Virus record (IMG/VR): IMGVR_UViG_3300048861_000245
Span: 1-39,221 of that record
DNA length: 39,221 nt
DNA from: a virus
Lineage: Duplodnaviria; Caudoviricetes
Strand: one strand, 5' to 3'
The notes beneath the pieces are model-generated. The model saw nothing but the letters and a program-made list of their open reading frames with translations, made no database searches and had not been told where the DNA came from. The translations under genes and the position numbers were made by a program. Of the stretch, positions 8,124 to 16,499 are shown one piece after another. Every line of letters starts with the position of its first letter. Position 1 is the first letter of the stretch.

Positions 8124-8530
8124 GCGCGCCGACGCCGCACGTCCGGATGGGCGTCTACGAACGTGACCAGCACCGGTGCGTGTCCTGCGGCCGTTTCGGT
8201 GGCCTCACGTTCCAGCACCGGCAGGCCGTCGGGATGGGCGGAACCATGATCCGTCCCCGCTTCGACCAGGGCCTCACAGCGTGTGGGATCTGCAACGGCC
8301 GGTACGAGACGGACCTGCAGCAATCCGCGCTGCGGTTCGGGTGGAAAGTGCCGCGGTGGGTGGAGCACGCCGGCATGGTGCCGGTGTTCGTTCCGCAGCT
8401 CGGGCAGTGGTTCCGGCTCGCCCGATCTGCCCCACGGCGGGACCACATCACCCACCTGGCGGCGATGGAAGCGATGCACGAGGTCTACGGGCAGCGGTAC
8501 ATCGAGCACATCGGACTGGTGCCCGCATGA
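8120..8530 (+). CDS. HNH-like protein
   Basis: VYERDQHRCVSC...QHRQAVGMGG...ACGICN. Confidence 0.7.
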   Translation: MSAPTPHVRMGVYERDQHRCVSCGRFGGLTFQHRQAVGMGGTMIRPRFDQGLTACGICNGRYETDLQQSALRFGWKVPRWVEHAGMVPVFVPQLGQWFRLARSAPRRDHITHLAAMEAMHEVYGQRYIEHIGLVPA

Positions 8531-8742
8531 GCATCCAAGCGCGATTCGACGGCGGCCTCTGCGAAGCGGAGATCCGGACCGGCGAACTGATCCGAGCGAA
8601 GCACCTCGACGGGAAAACCATGTGGTTCCACGACGAGTGTCCGGCCGGAAAGTGGGACTCGCGCCCTGGCGTGGAGGTGTGCACGGAGTGCTGGCTCGAG
8701 AAGCCGTGTCCGTGCGATGACGAGAAAGGAACAGGGCTGTGA
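8527..8742 (+). CDS. Small Cys-rich protein
   Basis: ATGA-coupled; HDEC, CTEC and CPC motifs. Confidence 0.65.
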   Translation: MSIQARFDGGLCEAEIRTGELIRAKHLDGKTMWFHDECPAGKWDSRPGVEVCTECWLEKPCPCDDEKGTGL

Positions 8743-9587
8743 GCCTCAAAGCAATCACCTGGGTGCTGTACGAAGCACCCGTCACAACGCAGTCACATCT
8801 GCTCGTCCTCCTGGCTCTCGCGGACCGGGCGAACGACGACGGAACGGCAGCGTTCCCTGGACGCGAGTGGATCGGCGAGCGGGCCCGCTGCTCTGTCCGA
8901 AGTGTCGCGTCACATCTGCGGGCACTCGAGGACGCCGGCCTGATCAGGAAGGGCGATCAGGAGCTCGTCTCGCACTTCCGATCGGACCGTCGACCGGTGG
9001 TCTATGACCTCGTCATGACGGCAGGCAATTCTCGCACCCCGTCGGTTGACGACGTGCAATCTGACGCGTCACGGGGTGCGAGATCGGGTACTCACGACGT
9101 GCAACCTGTTGCACACAAACCGTCCTTCTTCTCCTACGGAGAAGAAACCGTCCTTAACACGTCCAACGCGCGTGAGATCGGGGACCGCGTTTTCGAATCC
9201 TCCTGGACTCACTGGCCGCGGAGCGATCGGAAGAAGAACGCTCGGGAGAAGTTCCACCGGCTTGTGAGCAACGGCCACGACGTCACGAATCTCGGTTACT
9301 TGATCCGGCAGTACGGGGATGCGTACTCGCGGACGACTGATCCGCAGTTCGTGCCGCATCTCGTGACGTGGCTGAACCAGGAGCGGTGGAACGACCCGCT
9401 CCCTGCACCGCGGGCTGATCGCGGCCAGCAACGACAGAACGACGCCATGGCGCTGATCGCGCGGATGGCAGAGGAGGACCAACGTGAACAAGCAGGAAAC
9501 GGCGCAACTGCTGGCGTGGATGCAGGGCGTGGACGGCCGGGTACTCAACGAGCTGTCGGTGCTGGCTTGGCATCAGGTCGTGGGTGA
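8739..9587 (+). CDS. Replication initiator (HTH N-terminus, lambda O-like role)
   Basis: LVLLALADRANDDG..AFP HTH; C-terminal FVPHLVTWLNQERWND; internal iterons; upstream of loader and DnaB. Confidence 0.8.
   Translation: MSLKAITWVLYEAPVTTQSHLLVLLALADRANDDGTAAFPGREWIGERARCSVRSVASHLRALEDAGLIRKGDQELVSHFRSDRRPVVYDLVMTAGNSRTPSVDDVQSDASRGARSGTHDVQPVAHKPSFFSYGEETVLNTSNAREIGDRVFESSWTHWPRSDRKKNAREKFHRLVSNGHDVTNLGYLIRQYGDAYSRTTDPQFVPHLVTWLNQERWNDPLPAPRADRGQQRQNDAMALIARMAEEDQREQAGNGATAGVDAGRGRPGTQRAVGAGLASGRG
9032..9146. repeat. Putative replication origin iterons and palindrome
   Basis: ACGACGTGCAA at 9049 and 9094, ACGGGGTGCGA at 9071, its inverted copy at 9032-9042, and perfect palindrome TTCTTCTCC-TAC-GGAGAAGAA at 9126-9146. 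Confidence 0.65.
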
Positions 9588-9864
9588 TCTCGACTACGAC
9601 GCAGCGCTCGACGCGGTGCGTGAGCATTACCGGGAGGAATCCCGGTACGTGATGCCGGCCGACGTCGTCGCACGCTGCAACGTCGGTCCGGAGTACGGCC
9701 TCGATGAGACGCAGAAGATGCTCGAGGAGAGCCGCCGCCGATGGTTAACGCTCGCCGGCATCAGCGAGGCGCAACTCGACGCGGCACTCGCCGCCGGCAA
9801 CCACGCGGTGATCATGGCGTGGGACGCGAAGGTCGATCAGGCACGGGGTGTGACCCGTGGCTGA
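9484..9864 (+). CDS. Putative helicase loader (G39P-like)
   Basis: GAGGAGG RBS; ETAQLL..DGR..AWHQVVGDLDYDAALDAVREHY; lies between initiator and DnaB. Confidence 0.7.
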   Translation: MNKQETAQLLAWMQGVDGRVLNELSVLAWHQVVGDLDYDAALDAVREHYREESRYVMPADVVARCNVGPEYGLDETQKMLEESRRRWLTLAGISEAQLDAALAAGNHAVIMAWDAKVDQARGVTRG

Positions 9865-11179
9865 GGAACCACAGTACGACACCGCCGCCGAGGAGGCGGT
9901 GATCTCGGCGATGCTCCGCAGCCGGGAAGCGATCTGGGACGCCGTCGAGGTGCTCAACGATCCGGCGGACTTCTGGAACCCGAAGCATGAGCTCATCGCT
10001 CGAGCGTTGGTGGCGTTGGCGAACCGCAACGAACCCACGGATGTGATCTCCGCCGTCGCGGAGCTCGAGCGGACAGGTGATCTCCTCAAGGCCGGCGGTG
10101 CCGCGTACCTGCATTCGTTGACGTCGGTGCTCACCCCAACGTCGACGGCTGGGTATCACGCGCAGATCATCCGGGAGCGTGCTGTCCGCCGTCGCCTGTA
10201 CGAGGCGGGGGTGCGGATCACGCAGATGGGGAAGTCGACGGAGAGCGACGCGATGACGCTCGTCGAGTCCGCCCAGTCGGAACTCGAATCCGTTGCGAAG
10301 AACGTCCGCGTCGACGCTCACCCTGTCGGCCGCACTTTGGACGCGGTCATCGACGGGTTGGAGCAGAAACCGGAGTACCTGCCGACCGGGTTCGACTCGA
10401 TCGACCGGATCATCGGCGGACTCGCTGCCGGGAACTTGATCATCATCGGAGCCCGTCCCGGTGAAGGGAAGTCGATCGTCGGTTTGCAGATGGCTGCCCG
10501 GCTCGCCCGTGAGGGGATGGTCGTGTACTGCTCCCTCGAGATGAGCGAGGAGGAGCTGCAGCTGCGGCTGATCTCCCAGTTCGGGGAGGTGCACATGAAG
10601 TCCCTCCGGAACCATGCGTTGAACGACGAGCAACGCCGCCGGGTGGGGTTCGCGAAGCATCTGATGAAGGACGCTCCGATCTTCGTCGACGACGCATCAT
10701 CAACGCTCACCGGGATCCGGTCGTTCATCCGGTCGGTGTCGCGGAAAGGGAACCTCACCGGCGTTGTCATCGACTACTTGCAGCTGATGGAGGGTGCCCG
10801 GCCGAACCAGTCCCGGCAGGAGTTCGTCGGCGACATGTCCCGGCAGTTGAAGAAACTCGCGAAGACGTTGCAGGTGCCGGTTATCGCGATGAGCCAACTG
10901 AACCGTGGGGTGGAGGGTCGAACCTCCCGGGGCTCGTCTCGGACGCCGATGCTGCAGGACCTCCGGGAGTCAGGGTCGATTGAGCAGGACGCGGACGTGG
11001 TGTTGCTGCTGGATCACGACCGGAAGAAGCCGCAGTACCTGAACATCGCCGTCGCGAAGAACCGGCATGGCGAGTTGGGGACGGTGCAACTGATTTGGCA
11101 GGGCCAGTTCGCCCGCTTGAAGGACCAGGAGTGGTCGCCGTTCGGGCAGACCACCCTCGATGGAACGGAGGTCGCGTGA
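9857..11179 (+). CDS. dnaB: Replicative DNA helicase
   Basis: AEEAVISAML, GARPGEGKS, SLEMS, IDYLQL, SQLNR, DLRESGSIEQDADVV and AKNRHG motifs. Confidence 0.95.
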   Translation: MAEEPQYDTAAEEAVISAMLRSREAIWDAVEVLNDPADFWNPKHELIARALVALANRNEPTDVISAVAELERTGDLLKAGGAAYLHSLTSVLTPTSTAGYHAQIIRERAVRRRLYEAGVRITQMGKSTESDAMTLVESAQSELESVAKNVRVDAHPVGRTLDAVIDGLEQKPEYLPTGFDSIDRIIGGLAAGNLIIIGARPGEGKSIVGLQMAARLAREGMVVYCSLEMSEEELQLRLISQFGEVHMKSLRNHALNDEQRRRVGFAKHLMKDAPIFVDDASSTLTGIRSFIRSVSRKGNLTGVVIDYLQLMEGARPNQSRQEFVGDMSRQLKKLAKTLQVPVIAMSQLNRGVEGRTSRGSSRTPMLQDLRESGSIEQDADVVLLLDHDRKKPQYLNIAVAKNRHGELGTVQLIWQGQFARLKDQEWSPFGQTTLDGTEVA

Positions 11180-11328
11180 TGAGCGCGTGGATGTTGCTGG
11201 CTTGGGTTGGAGCGGTTTGCGGGGCGGTGTTGCTCGTGTCGATCACGGTGCTGCTCGTCGTGTCGATGGTTCGTGAGATCCGGAAGCCGAAGAAGGACAA
11301 GCACACGATCATCGGCGGTGACCACTGA
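11179..11328 (+). CDS. Small single-TM membrane protein
   Basis: MSAWMLLAWVGAVCGAVLLVSITVLLVV plus a basic tail; TGATG coupling. Confidence 0.65.
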   Translation: MSAWMLLAWVGAVCGAVLLVSITVLLVVSMVREIRKPKKDKHTIIGGDH

Positions 11329-11459
11329 TGGCTGAGAACCTGCCGGACCGGGTGAATCACCCGGCGCATTACACAAGCGACCCATCGGGTGTCGAGTGCA
11401 TCACGATCACACGGCATCGGAACTTCAGGGCAGATTCGAAGAAAGGGCTGGCGGTCTGA
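11328..11459 (+). pseudogene. Truncated DUF3310-like protein (43 aa)
   Basis: Manual translation MAENLPDRVNHPAHYTSDPSGVECITITRHRNFRADSKKGLAV*. VNHPxHY...ECI is present, the GNAxKY half is missing. Confidence 0.65.
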
Positions 11460-11665
11460 TGGCCGTTACGAGGGTGAAGCGCGAGGAGATCGCAGACGCG
11501 TGGGCTGACGACTTCGGTGGCGTCAGCGTCGCCGTCCGCGGTGTGCAGGCGCAGCTCGAAATCGACGAGGCGCGTGTGCTGCGCGCCGATCTGGACGAAG
11601 CAATCGACGCCGCCGAACGGTGGCGGTCAGGTAAGGCCGCGCGTGCGGCAGAAACGAAGGTTTGA
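11459..11665 (+). CDS. Hypothetical protein
   Basis: TGATG-coupled [13 protein letters not shown]... Confidence 0.65.
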   Translation: MAVTRVKREEIADAWADDFGGVSVAVRGVQAQLEIDEARVLRADLDEAIDAAERWRSGKAARAAETKV

Positions 11666-11667
11666 AC

Positions 11668-12144
11668 ATGGCCGGCGAAACAGTGATCACAGTGGTCGGC
11701 AATCTGACCGCGGATCCCGAGCTCCGCTACACGCAGAACGGGCTCGCTGTGGCGAACTTCACGATCGCGAGCACCCCGCGCACGTTCGACCGTCAGGCGA
11801 ACGAGTGGAAGGACGGTGACGCATTGTTCCTCCGAGCGTCCGTGTGGAAGGAGTTCGCGGAGCACGTGGCCGGCTCACTGACGAAGGGCTCACGTGTCAT
11901 CGTGCAGGGTCGTCTGCGGCAACGTAGCTACAAGGATCGTGACGGCAACGACCGGACCAGCATCGAGCTCGAGGTAGACGAGATCGGTCCGAGTCTCCGG
12001 TACGCGACGGCGCAGGTAACACGAGCTTCCGGCGGCTCGAGCGGCAGCCAGCAGCCGACATCGTGGGGTCAGCAGAACGAGCAGCCGCGAAACGACGCAT
12101 GGTCCACACCAGGCGGCACCTACGACGAAGAGGAGCCGTTTTGA
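11668..12144 (+). CDS. ssb: Single-stranded DNA-binding protein
   Basis: [22 protein letters not shown]; C-terminal DEEEPF. Confidence 0.96.
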   Translation: MAGETVITVVGNLTADPELRYTQNGLAVANFTIASTPRTFDRQANEWKDGDALFLRASVWKEFAEHVAGSLTKGSRVIVQGRLRQRSYKDRDGNDRTSIELEVDEIGPSLRYATAQVTRASGGSSGSQQPTSWGQQNEQPRNDAWSTPGGTYDEEEPF

Positions 12145-12602
12145 CCAGCACCGAACACTGGAACATGGTTCCGATCCCCGCGCGAGTCGCCCAGCGTGCG
12201 CTCGAGCGGTTCGAGGTCGATGAGAACGGCTGCCACATCAGCACTCTCTCGACTGCGTCGCACGGGTACGCGCAGATTGGCTGGCAGGACGCGGGCGAGC
12301 GTCATGTCGTCCTTGCGCATCGTGCCGCGTGGACGGCGGTGAACGGGCCCGTCCCTGTCGGCATGACTCTCGACCACATCTGCCGGTGCCGCCCATGCGT
12401 CAACGTCGCGCACCTACGGCTGCTGACGAACTTCGAGAACGGACGGCGTAACGGAGGTGTCGACTTCCCGCTCGGACAGTGCGCTCATGGGCATGGCGAC
12501 GAGCACCTCCGCACCTACAAGCGCTCCGGCGGTAAGAAGTCGCTCGGGTGCTCGCTCTGCCGCGCTGAGATGCAGCGGCGTTACCGGGAGAAGGCAGCAT
12601 GA
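12141..12602 (+). CDS. HNH endonuclease (homing-type)
   Basis: GYAQI..LAHRAAW...[16 protein letters not shown]...EN, with a C-terminal CxxGH...CxxC; TTG start behind AGGAG. Confidence 0.85.
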   Translation: MTSTEHWNMVPIPARVAQRALERFEVDENGCHISTLSTASHGYAQIGWQDAGERHVVLAHRAAWTAVNGPVPVGMTLDHICRCRPCVNVAHLRLLTNFENGRRNGGVDFPLGQCAHGHGDEHLRTYKRSGGKKSLGCSLCRAEMQRRYREKAA

Positions 12603-13564
12603 CCGACACAGACCTCGAAACCGAGACGACTCTGATCCTCAACATGGCTCGAGCTCGCCGCAGCCTTCAAGCGATCCCCGGCCTGGTGGCGTACATCCGG
12701 CTGCAGATCACCCCGAGCCTCGGCGGCGCGAAAGACGGCATGCCCCGTGCAGCGTCGAAAGAACCGCCAGCACCAGCACGACTCGACGCTGTCGACGACT
12801 CCGATGCGATCTGGCGGCAACTCGTCGAGTGGGTCGAATACTGGTCCGCCGTGTTCAACGTACGACCGCCGGCTGCAGCGTTGGCTGCGTGGCGTAACAC
12901 GGACGGCGACATCCTCGGCTTCCGCCCGCACCTGCGGCCGGAGCAGGCTGGCGAGATCACGAAGTACCTCGTCGACTGGCTGCTCGTCCGCCACGACGAC
13001 ATTGCCCGCACCACATCCGCGAACGCGTACTACGTCGACGTGCAGGACCTGAAAGCACCCGACTACGACCACGAAACGTACATGTCGATCTGGTCGAAGT
13101 ACCCACGTGCACCACGACGACCACGCCCGGTCCTGCCGCGGCCATGCCCGGAGTGCGACCACTTCACGCTCGGCGCGGAATGGCCCGACGGCGGACAACC
13201 CGAAGATGTCCTCCTCCGCTGCGACCACTGCGGCTACACCGACGTGCACCCGCTCGAGGTGAAAACCCGCAAGGACGCCCGCGACGTCGTCCGCGCGATC
13301 CGAGCGGAACGCGAAGCATGGGACCGTCCCGGCGTCCTCGCGTTCTACGACACCAACGGCTACTGGCCCACCGAAGACCCCGAAGACCCGAACGTCACCC
13401 CACGCTGCCCCGTGTCACGTGTTCTGCAGGATCGGTTATGGCGATGCGAGCGAGAACAGGGCCATCCCGGCCGTCATGTCGTCCACGCCCAGAACGGGCC
13501 CGATTCGCCAGAACCGAAACCGTTCAGGTGGTATCAGGTCGTACCGAAGGCGGCGACCTCATGA
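12599..13564 (+). CDS. Hypothetical protein with Zn ribbon (possible transcriptional regulator)
   Basis: CPECD...CDHCG, plus a C-terminal C...CEREQGHPGRH motif. Confidence 0.7.
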   Translation: MTDTDLETETTLILNMARARRSLQAIPGLVAYIRLQITPSLGGAKDGMPRAASKEPPAPARLDAVDDSDAIWRQLVEWVEYWSAVFNVRPPAAALAAWRNTDGDILGFRPHLRPEQAGEITKYLVDWLLVRHDDIARTTSANAYYVDVQDLKAPDYDHETYMSIWSKYPRAPRRPRPVLPRPCPECDHFTLGAEWPDGGQPEDVLLRCDHCGYTDVHPLEVKTRKDARDVVRAIRAEREAWDRPGVLAFYDTNGYWPTEDPEDPNVTPRCPVSRVLQDRLWRCEREQGHPGRHVVHAQNGPDSPEPKPFRWYQVVPKAATS

Positions 13565-14031
13565 CCGACGTGGACACTAGCCATGATCTGGTGTTGGTCC
13601 CAGTGAGCTTCGCGACGGCAGCAGAGTTCGTAGCTGCTCATCACCGTCATCACGAGCCACCCCAGGGTCACAAGTTCTCGATTGGTGCGGCTCGCTCTTC
13701 GATGCTGGTCGGAGTGATCATCGTTGGCCGGCCTGTATCTCGTGTGATTCAGGCGGAGGCAGACACGCTCGAGGTCACCCGGAGCGCGACGGACGGGACG
13801 CGGAACGCTAACTCGATGCTTTACGCGGCGGCGTGGCGGGCAACGAGCGCGATGGGCTATAGACGCCTCATCACCTACACGCAGGAAGGCGAGAGCGGAG
13901 CGTCTCTCCGTGCTGCTGGCTATCGCGTTGTGGGTGAGCGACCCGCTCGAGCCGGTTGGAATGCACCCTCCCGTCCGCGAAATGATCGCGGGACGACAGG
14001 TGTCGCGCGCACGTTGTGGGAGGTTTCATGA
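13561..14031 (+). CDS. XF1762-family (Mom-like, GNAT-related) protein
   Basis: HHRHH..PQGHKFSIG, GVIIVGRPVSR, LEVTR, ITYTQEGESGASLRAAG. Confidence 0.8.
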   Translation: MTDVDTSHDLVLVPVSFATAAEFVAAHHRHHEPPQGHKFSIGAARSSMLVGVIIVGRPVSRVIQAEADTLEVTRSATDGTRNANSMLYAAAWRATSAMGYRRLITYTQEGESGASLRAAGYRVVGERPARAGWNAPSRPRNDRGTTGVARTLWEVS

Positions 14032-14447
14032 CCACCGTCGACCGGGATGTGCAGATCCGCAACGTCGAAGCGTGGCTCGTCGTCACGACGAAGCACCACG
14101 GAGCGTTCCGCATCCACGCCCCGATGGTCACCACCATTGACCACGATGAGGGCCGGATGATCGTGAGCTTCTACGACATCGGTAACCCGCCCAGACGGCA
14201 CCAGTTGCAGTACTTCGCGATCACCGCAGACGAATGCCCAGACGCGTTCGGCTGCCCGTTCGACGACGTCGTCACCGGGCCGCTCGTCGACCGTGACCGT
14301 GTCGGCCCTCTCGGTCACCGCGGCACCGTCACCTACCAAACCATCGCAGCTCGGCTCCAAAGTGAGAGCGAGCGTGTCCGGGTGATGCTCGCCGACGTGC
14401 CAGACGTGATCCTCGCCCGTGAACTCACTCGACGACTGGAGCAGTGA
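14028..14447 (+). CDS. Hypothetical protein
   Basis: GGAGG RBS; ATGA-coupled. Confidence 0.65.
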   Translation: MTTVDRDVQIRNVEAWLVVTTKHHGAFRIHAPMVTTIDHDEGRMIVSFYDIGNPPRRHQLQYFAITADECPDAFGCPFDDVVTGPLVDRDRVGPLGHRGTVTYQTIAARLQSESERVRVMLADVPDVILARELTRRLEQ

Positions 14448-14448
14448 A

Positions 14449-14883
14449 GTGCCGATCCTCAACTACACGACCGATATCGCCGTCTCGAAGACGATGGGGG
14501 AGATACAAGGCTCGCTCGCTCGTCGGGGCGTGCATCGCATCTCAGCACTGTTCGACGAGAACGGTGTCGCAGCTGGACTCGGCTTCACCATGAAGACCGA
14601 CTACGGCTTCCGCGACTTCGAGCTCCCGGTCCGCACCGAAGGCGTGCTCGCCGCGATGCTCGCTGATAAGTCCGTGCCCCGTTCAAAGTGCACGCAGGAG
14701 CAAGCCGCACGGGTCGCATGGCGGATCGCGAAGGTCTGGCTCGAAGCACAAGCAGCACTCATCGACGCGGGCCTCGCGTCCCTCGATGAAGTGATGCTCC
14801 CGTACCTCGTCACCGACACCGGCCGAACCATGTACGTCGAGACCCGGCACCGGCTGCTCGCGCTCGAAGGGAGCAAGGAATGA
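14449..14883 (+). CDS. Conserved phage hypothetical protein
   Basis: MPILNYTT..EIQ..L...QAARVAWRIAKVWLEAQ..EVMLPY pattern. Confidence 0.75.
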   Translation: MPILNYTTDIAVSKTMGEIQGSLARRGVHRISALFDENGVAAGLGFTMKTDYGFRDFELPVRTEGVLAAMLADKSVPRSKCTQEQAARVAWRIAKVWLEAQAALIDAGLASLDEVMLPYLVTDTGRTMYVETRHRLLALEGSKE

Positions 14884-15011
14884 TCCCGAAGTGCGACCGG
14901 TGTGGACGGTTCACGACGAACACCGAGGAATACGACGACTACCAGCCAGATCCGTGGAACGGTCCGCGCATCCACCGATACTGCGACCGATGCAAGGAAG
15001 CCACACGATGA
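14880..15011 (+). CDS. 43-aa Zn-ribbon protein (not in the ORF track)
   Basis: MIPKCDRCGRF...YCDRCKEATR*, ATGA-coupled at both ends. Confidence 0.7.
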   Translation: MIPKCDRCGRFTTNTEEYDDYQPDPWNGPRIHRYCDRCKEATR

Positions 15012-15328
15012 CCACCACTGATCCCACCGTCCGGTTGCAGGCGGCGCTCGACAATCTGCGCGAGATGCGGAAGGCAGCGACACCCGGACCGTGGCGCGTC
15101 GAACGCGGACCCGGAGGATGGTTTGACGTCCTGCCCGAGCCAGAGACCCCGCGCCCGGTCGCATCTGTGCCGATCAAGGCCGACGCCGCCCTGATCGTTC
15201 TCGCGTGCAGCCCTGCCATGCTCGACGCGATAGAGACCATCCTCACTGTGACGCTCGATGACCCGCCCGGATGGTTCGACACGACGCCAGGGACATTGCT
15301 CGCCGACTCGATCCTGGGGCCCGAATGA
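15008..15328 (+). CDS. Ead/Ea22-like protein
   Basis: AATPGPW...ADAALIVLACSP motif. Confidence 0.7.
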   Translation: MTTTDPTVRLQAALDNLREMRKAATPGPWRVERGPGGWFDVLPEPETPRPVASVPIKADAALIVLACSPAMLDAIETILTVTLDDPPGWFDTTPGTLLADSILGPE

Positions 15329-15534
15329 CGGCCTGGTGGACGAAGCAGCAAGCGTGCGAGCACCTCGGCATCGGTGCCAGACGGTTCGAGAAGTACGTCC
15401 AAGACGGCATGAAGGTCGTGAAGATCGGCCGCAACGTCTACGTCCGCCCAGACGTCATCCAAACCGAATACCGACGCCGACAAGCAGCATCGAAAGCATC
15501 ACGACACGCCGCAGATCCCGCTGTTGACAGGTAG
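15325..15534 (+). CDS. Small HTH DNA-binding protein (excisionase/MerR-like winged HTH)
   Basis: WTKQQACEHLGIGARRFEKYVQDG..VKIGRNVYV. Confidence 0.75.
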   Translation: MTAWWTKQQACEHLGIGARRFEKYVQDGMKVVKIGRNVYVRPDVIQTEYRRRQAASKASRHAADPAVDR

Positions 15535-15554
15535 GGCGCTCAGACCATTAGGCT
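15502..15554 (+). promoter_or_regulatory. Putative late promoter
   Basis: TTGACA (15524-15529), 19-nt spacer, TAGGCT (15549-15554). The upstream CGACACGCCG is shared with the cro promoter. Confidence 0.55.
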
Positions 15555-15596
15555 TGCGCCCAGCGAGACGACCGCAGGAACGCGGAACCGTCACAC

Positions 15597-15632
15597 CAAA
15601 GGCCCCAACCATCAGGTTCGGGGCCTTTGTCG
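15597..15632 (+). terminator. Intrinsic terminator
   Basis: CAAAGGCCCC-AACC-atca-GGTT-c-GGGGCCTTTG. Confidence 0.75.
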
Positions 15633-15637
15633 TACTC

Positions 15638-15795
15638 CCGGTGAGGCTGTCGTTGCCCCGGGTCTGGGGATGATCCACCCGCGTTTCGGGCGCAACGGAT
15701 CCACCGGCCGACGCGTCTCACCGCGTCGGCCACAGTGCGTCGAGAACACCGAGCTGCGAGAGATGGCATTGCCTGCCTCGCGCAATGAGGAGGTG
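15638..15795 (+). ncRNA. Candidate structured RNA leader (unclassified)
   Basis: No credible + strand ORF; nested stems CCGGTG/CACCGG and CGTTGC/GCAACG, a perfect 10-bp hairpin at 15706-15731, and CATTGC/GCAATG next to the RBS. Confidence 0.35.
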
Positions 15796-15802
15796 ATCCA
15801 AG

Positions 15803-16068
15803 GTGGCCACCGTCAAACCTGACGCTGTTGCGGACCCGAAACCGGGTTCGCGCGGCTACCTCTAGCACTCAAGTGGTACTGGACGAAGAGCCCAGCTGGA
15901 CTTGCGCAGTGGACGTCATCCCCGCATCCGTATACGGCCCTCTATAACCACTTGCTCAAATACCTCAGCCCCGACGTCGCGAAGAAGACTGCCGCGCAGT
16001 GGTTCCACGACACGCTCGGGTTCTGGCCTGGCACCCCACATGTCGGCGTCGTCCCGGTGAAGAAGTGA
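15803..16068 (+). pseudogene. Frameshifted conserved actinophage small protein
   Basis: Strong RBS GAGGAGGTG; MATVKPDAVADPKPGSRGYL* continues in the -1 frame as LALKWYWTKSPAGLAQWTSSPHPYTALYNHLLKY...QWFHDTLGFWPG; its stop is GTGA-coupled to the next gene. Confidence 0.75.
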
Positions 16069-16499
16069 CCGCGCCGAACGTAGGTCAGTTGACGTCGGAA
16101 TGGACTGGCGCGAAGCACACCTTCGAGGTGCAGGTCTGGCCCGATCGTGCGTCGATGCTCGAGCACCTCGACGTCGTCTTCCCAGACGGCGGGTGGTTCG
16201 AGGTGAACGAGGCCGGCGAGCGACCGGCGGGTGCGTTCGTCAACGCGGCCGGGTTCATGAGCAACGAAGCGCCCGAAGCGCTCGGAACGATCTACCTCAA
16301 CGAGGAATGGCTTGACATCGAGATCATCGTGCACGAGGTCGCTCACGCCGCGATGTTCGTCTACGGGTGCGACCTCCTCGGCGTCTACAGCCGCGCCATG
16401 GTGCACATCTCGTCAACGAACGAGACCTTCGCTTACCTGATCGGCGATCTCGTCGCCCAGCTCGGCACATGGTTGTACGACGCCGGAATGTACCGCTGA
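16065..16499 (+). CDS. Putative Zn metallopeptidase-like protein
   Basis: GTIYL...IIVHEVAHAA (HExxH) with downstream NETFAY. Confidence 0.7.
   Translation: MTAPNVGQLTSEWTGAKHTFEVQVWPDRASMLEHLDVVFPDGGWFEVNEAGERPAGAFVNAAGFMSNEAPEALGTIYLNEEWLDIEIIVHEVAHAAMFVYGCDLLGVYSRAMVHISSTNETFAYLIGDLVAQLGTWLYDAGMYR

Noticed and set aside
8527-8580. Possible small deletion removing a Cys from the first CxxC (ARFDGGLC)
   Set aside because: This cannot be distinguished from natural variation without an alignment.
9484-9587. 104-nt overlap between initiator and loader as a frameshift error
   Set aside because: The loader has its own strong RBS (GAGGAGG) and both proteins look complete.
15638-15710. Possible phage tRNA or hammerhead ribozyme
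   Set aside because: No T-loop (TTCGA) or cloverleaf, and no CUGANGA/GAAA core.
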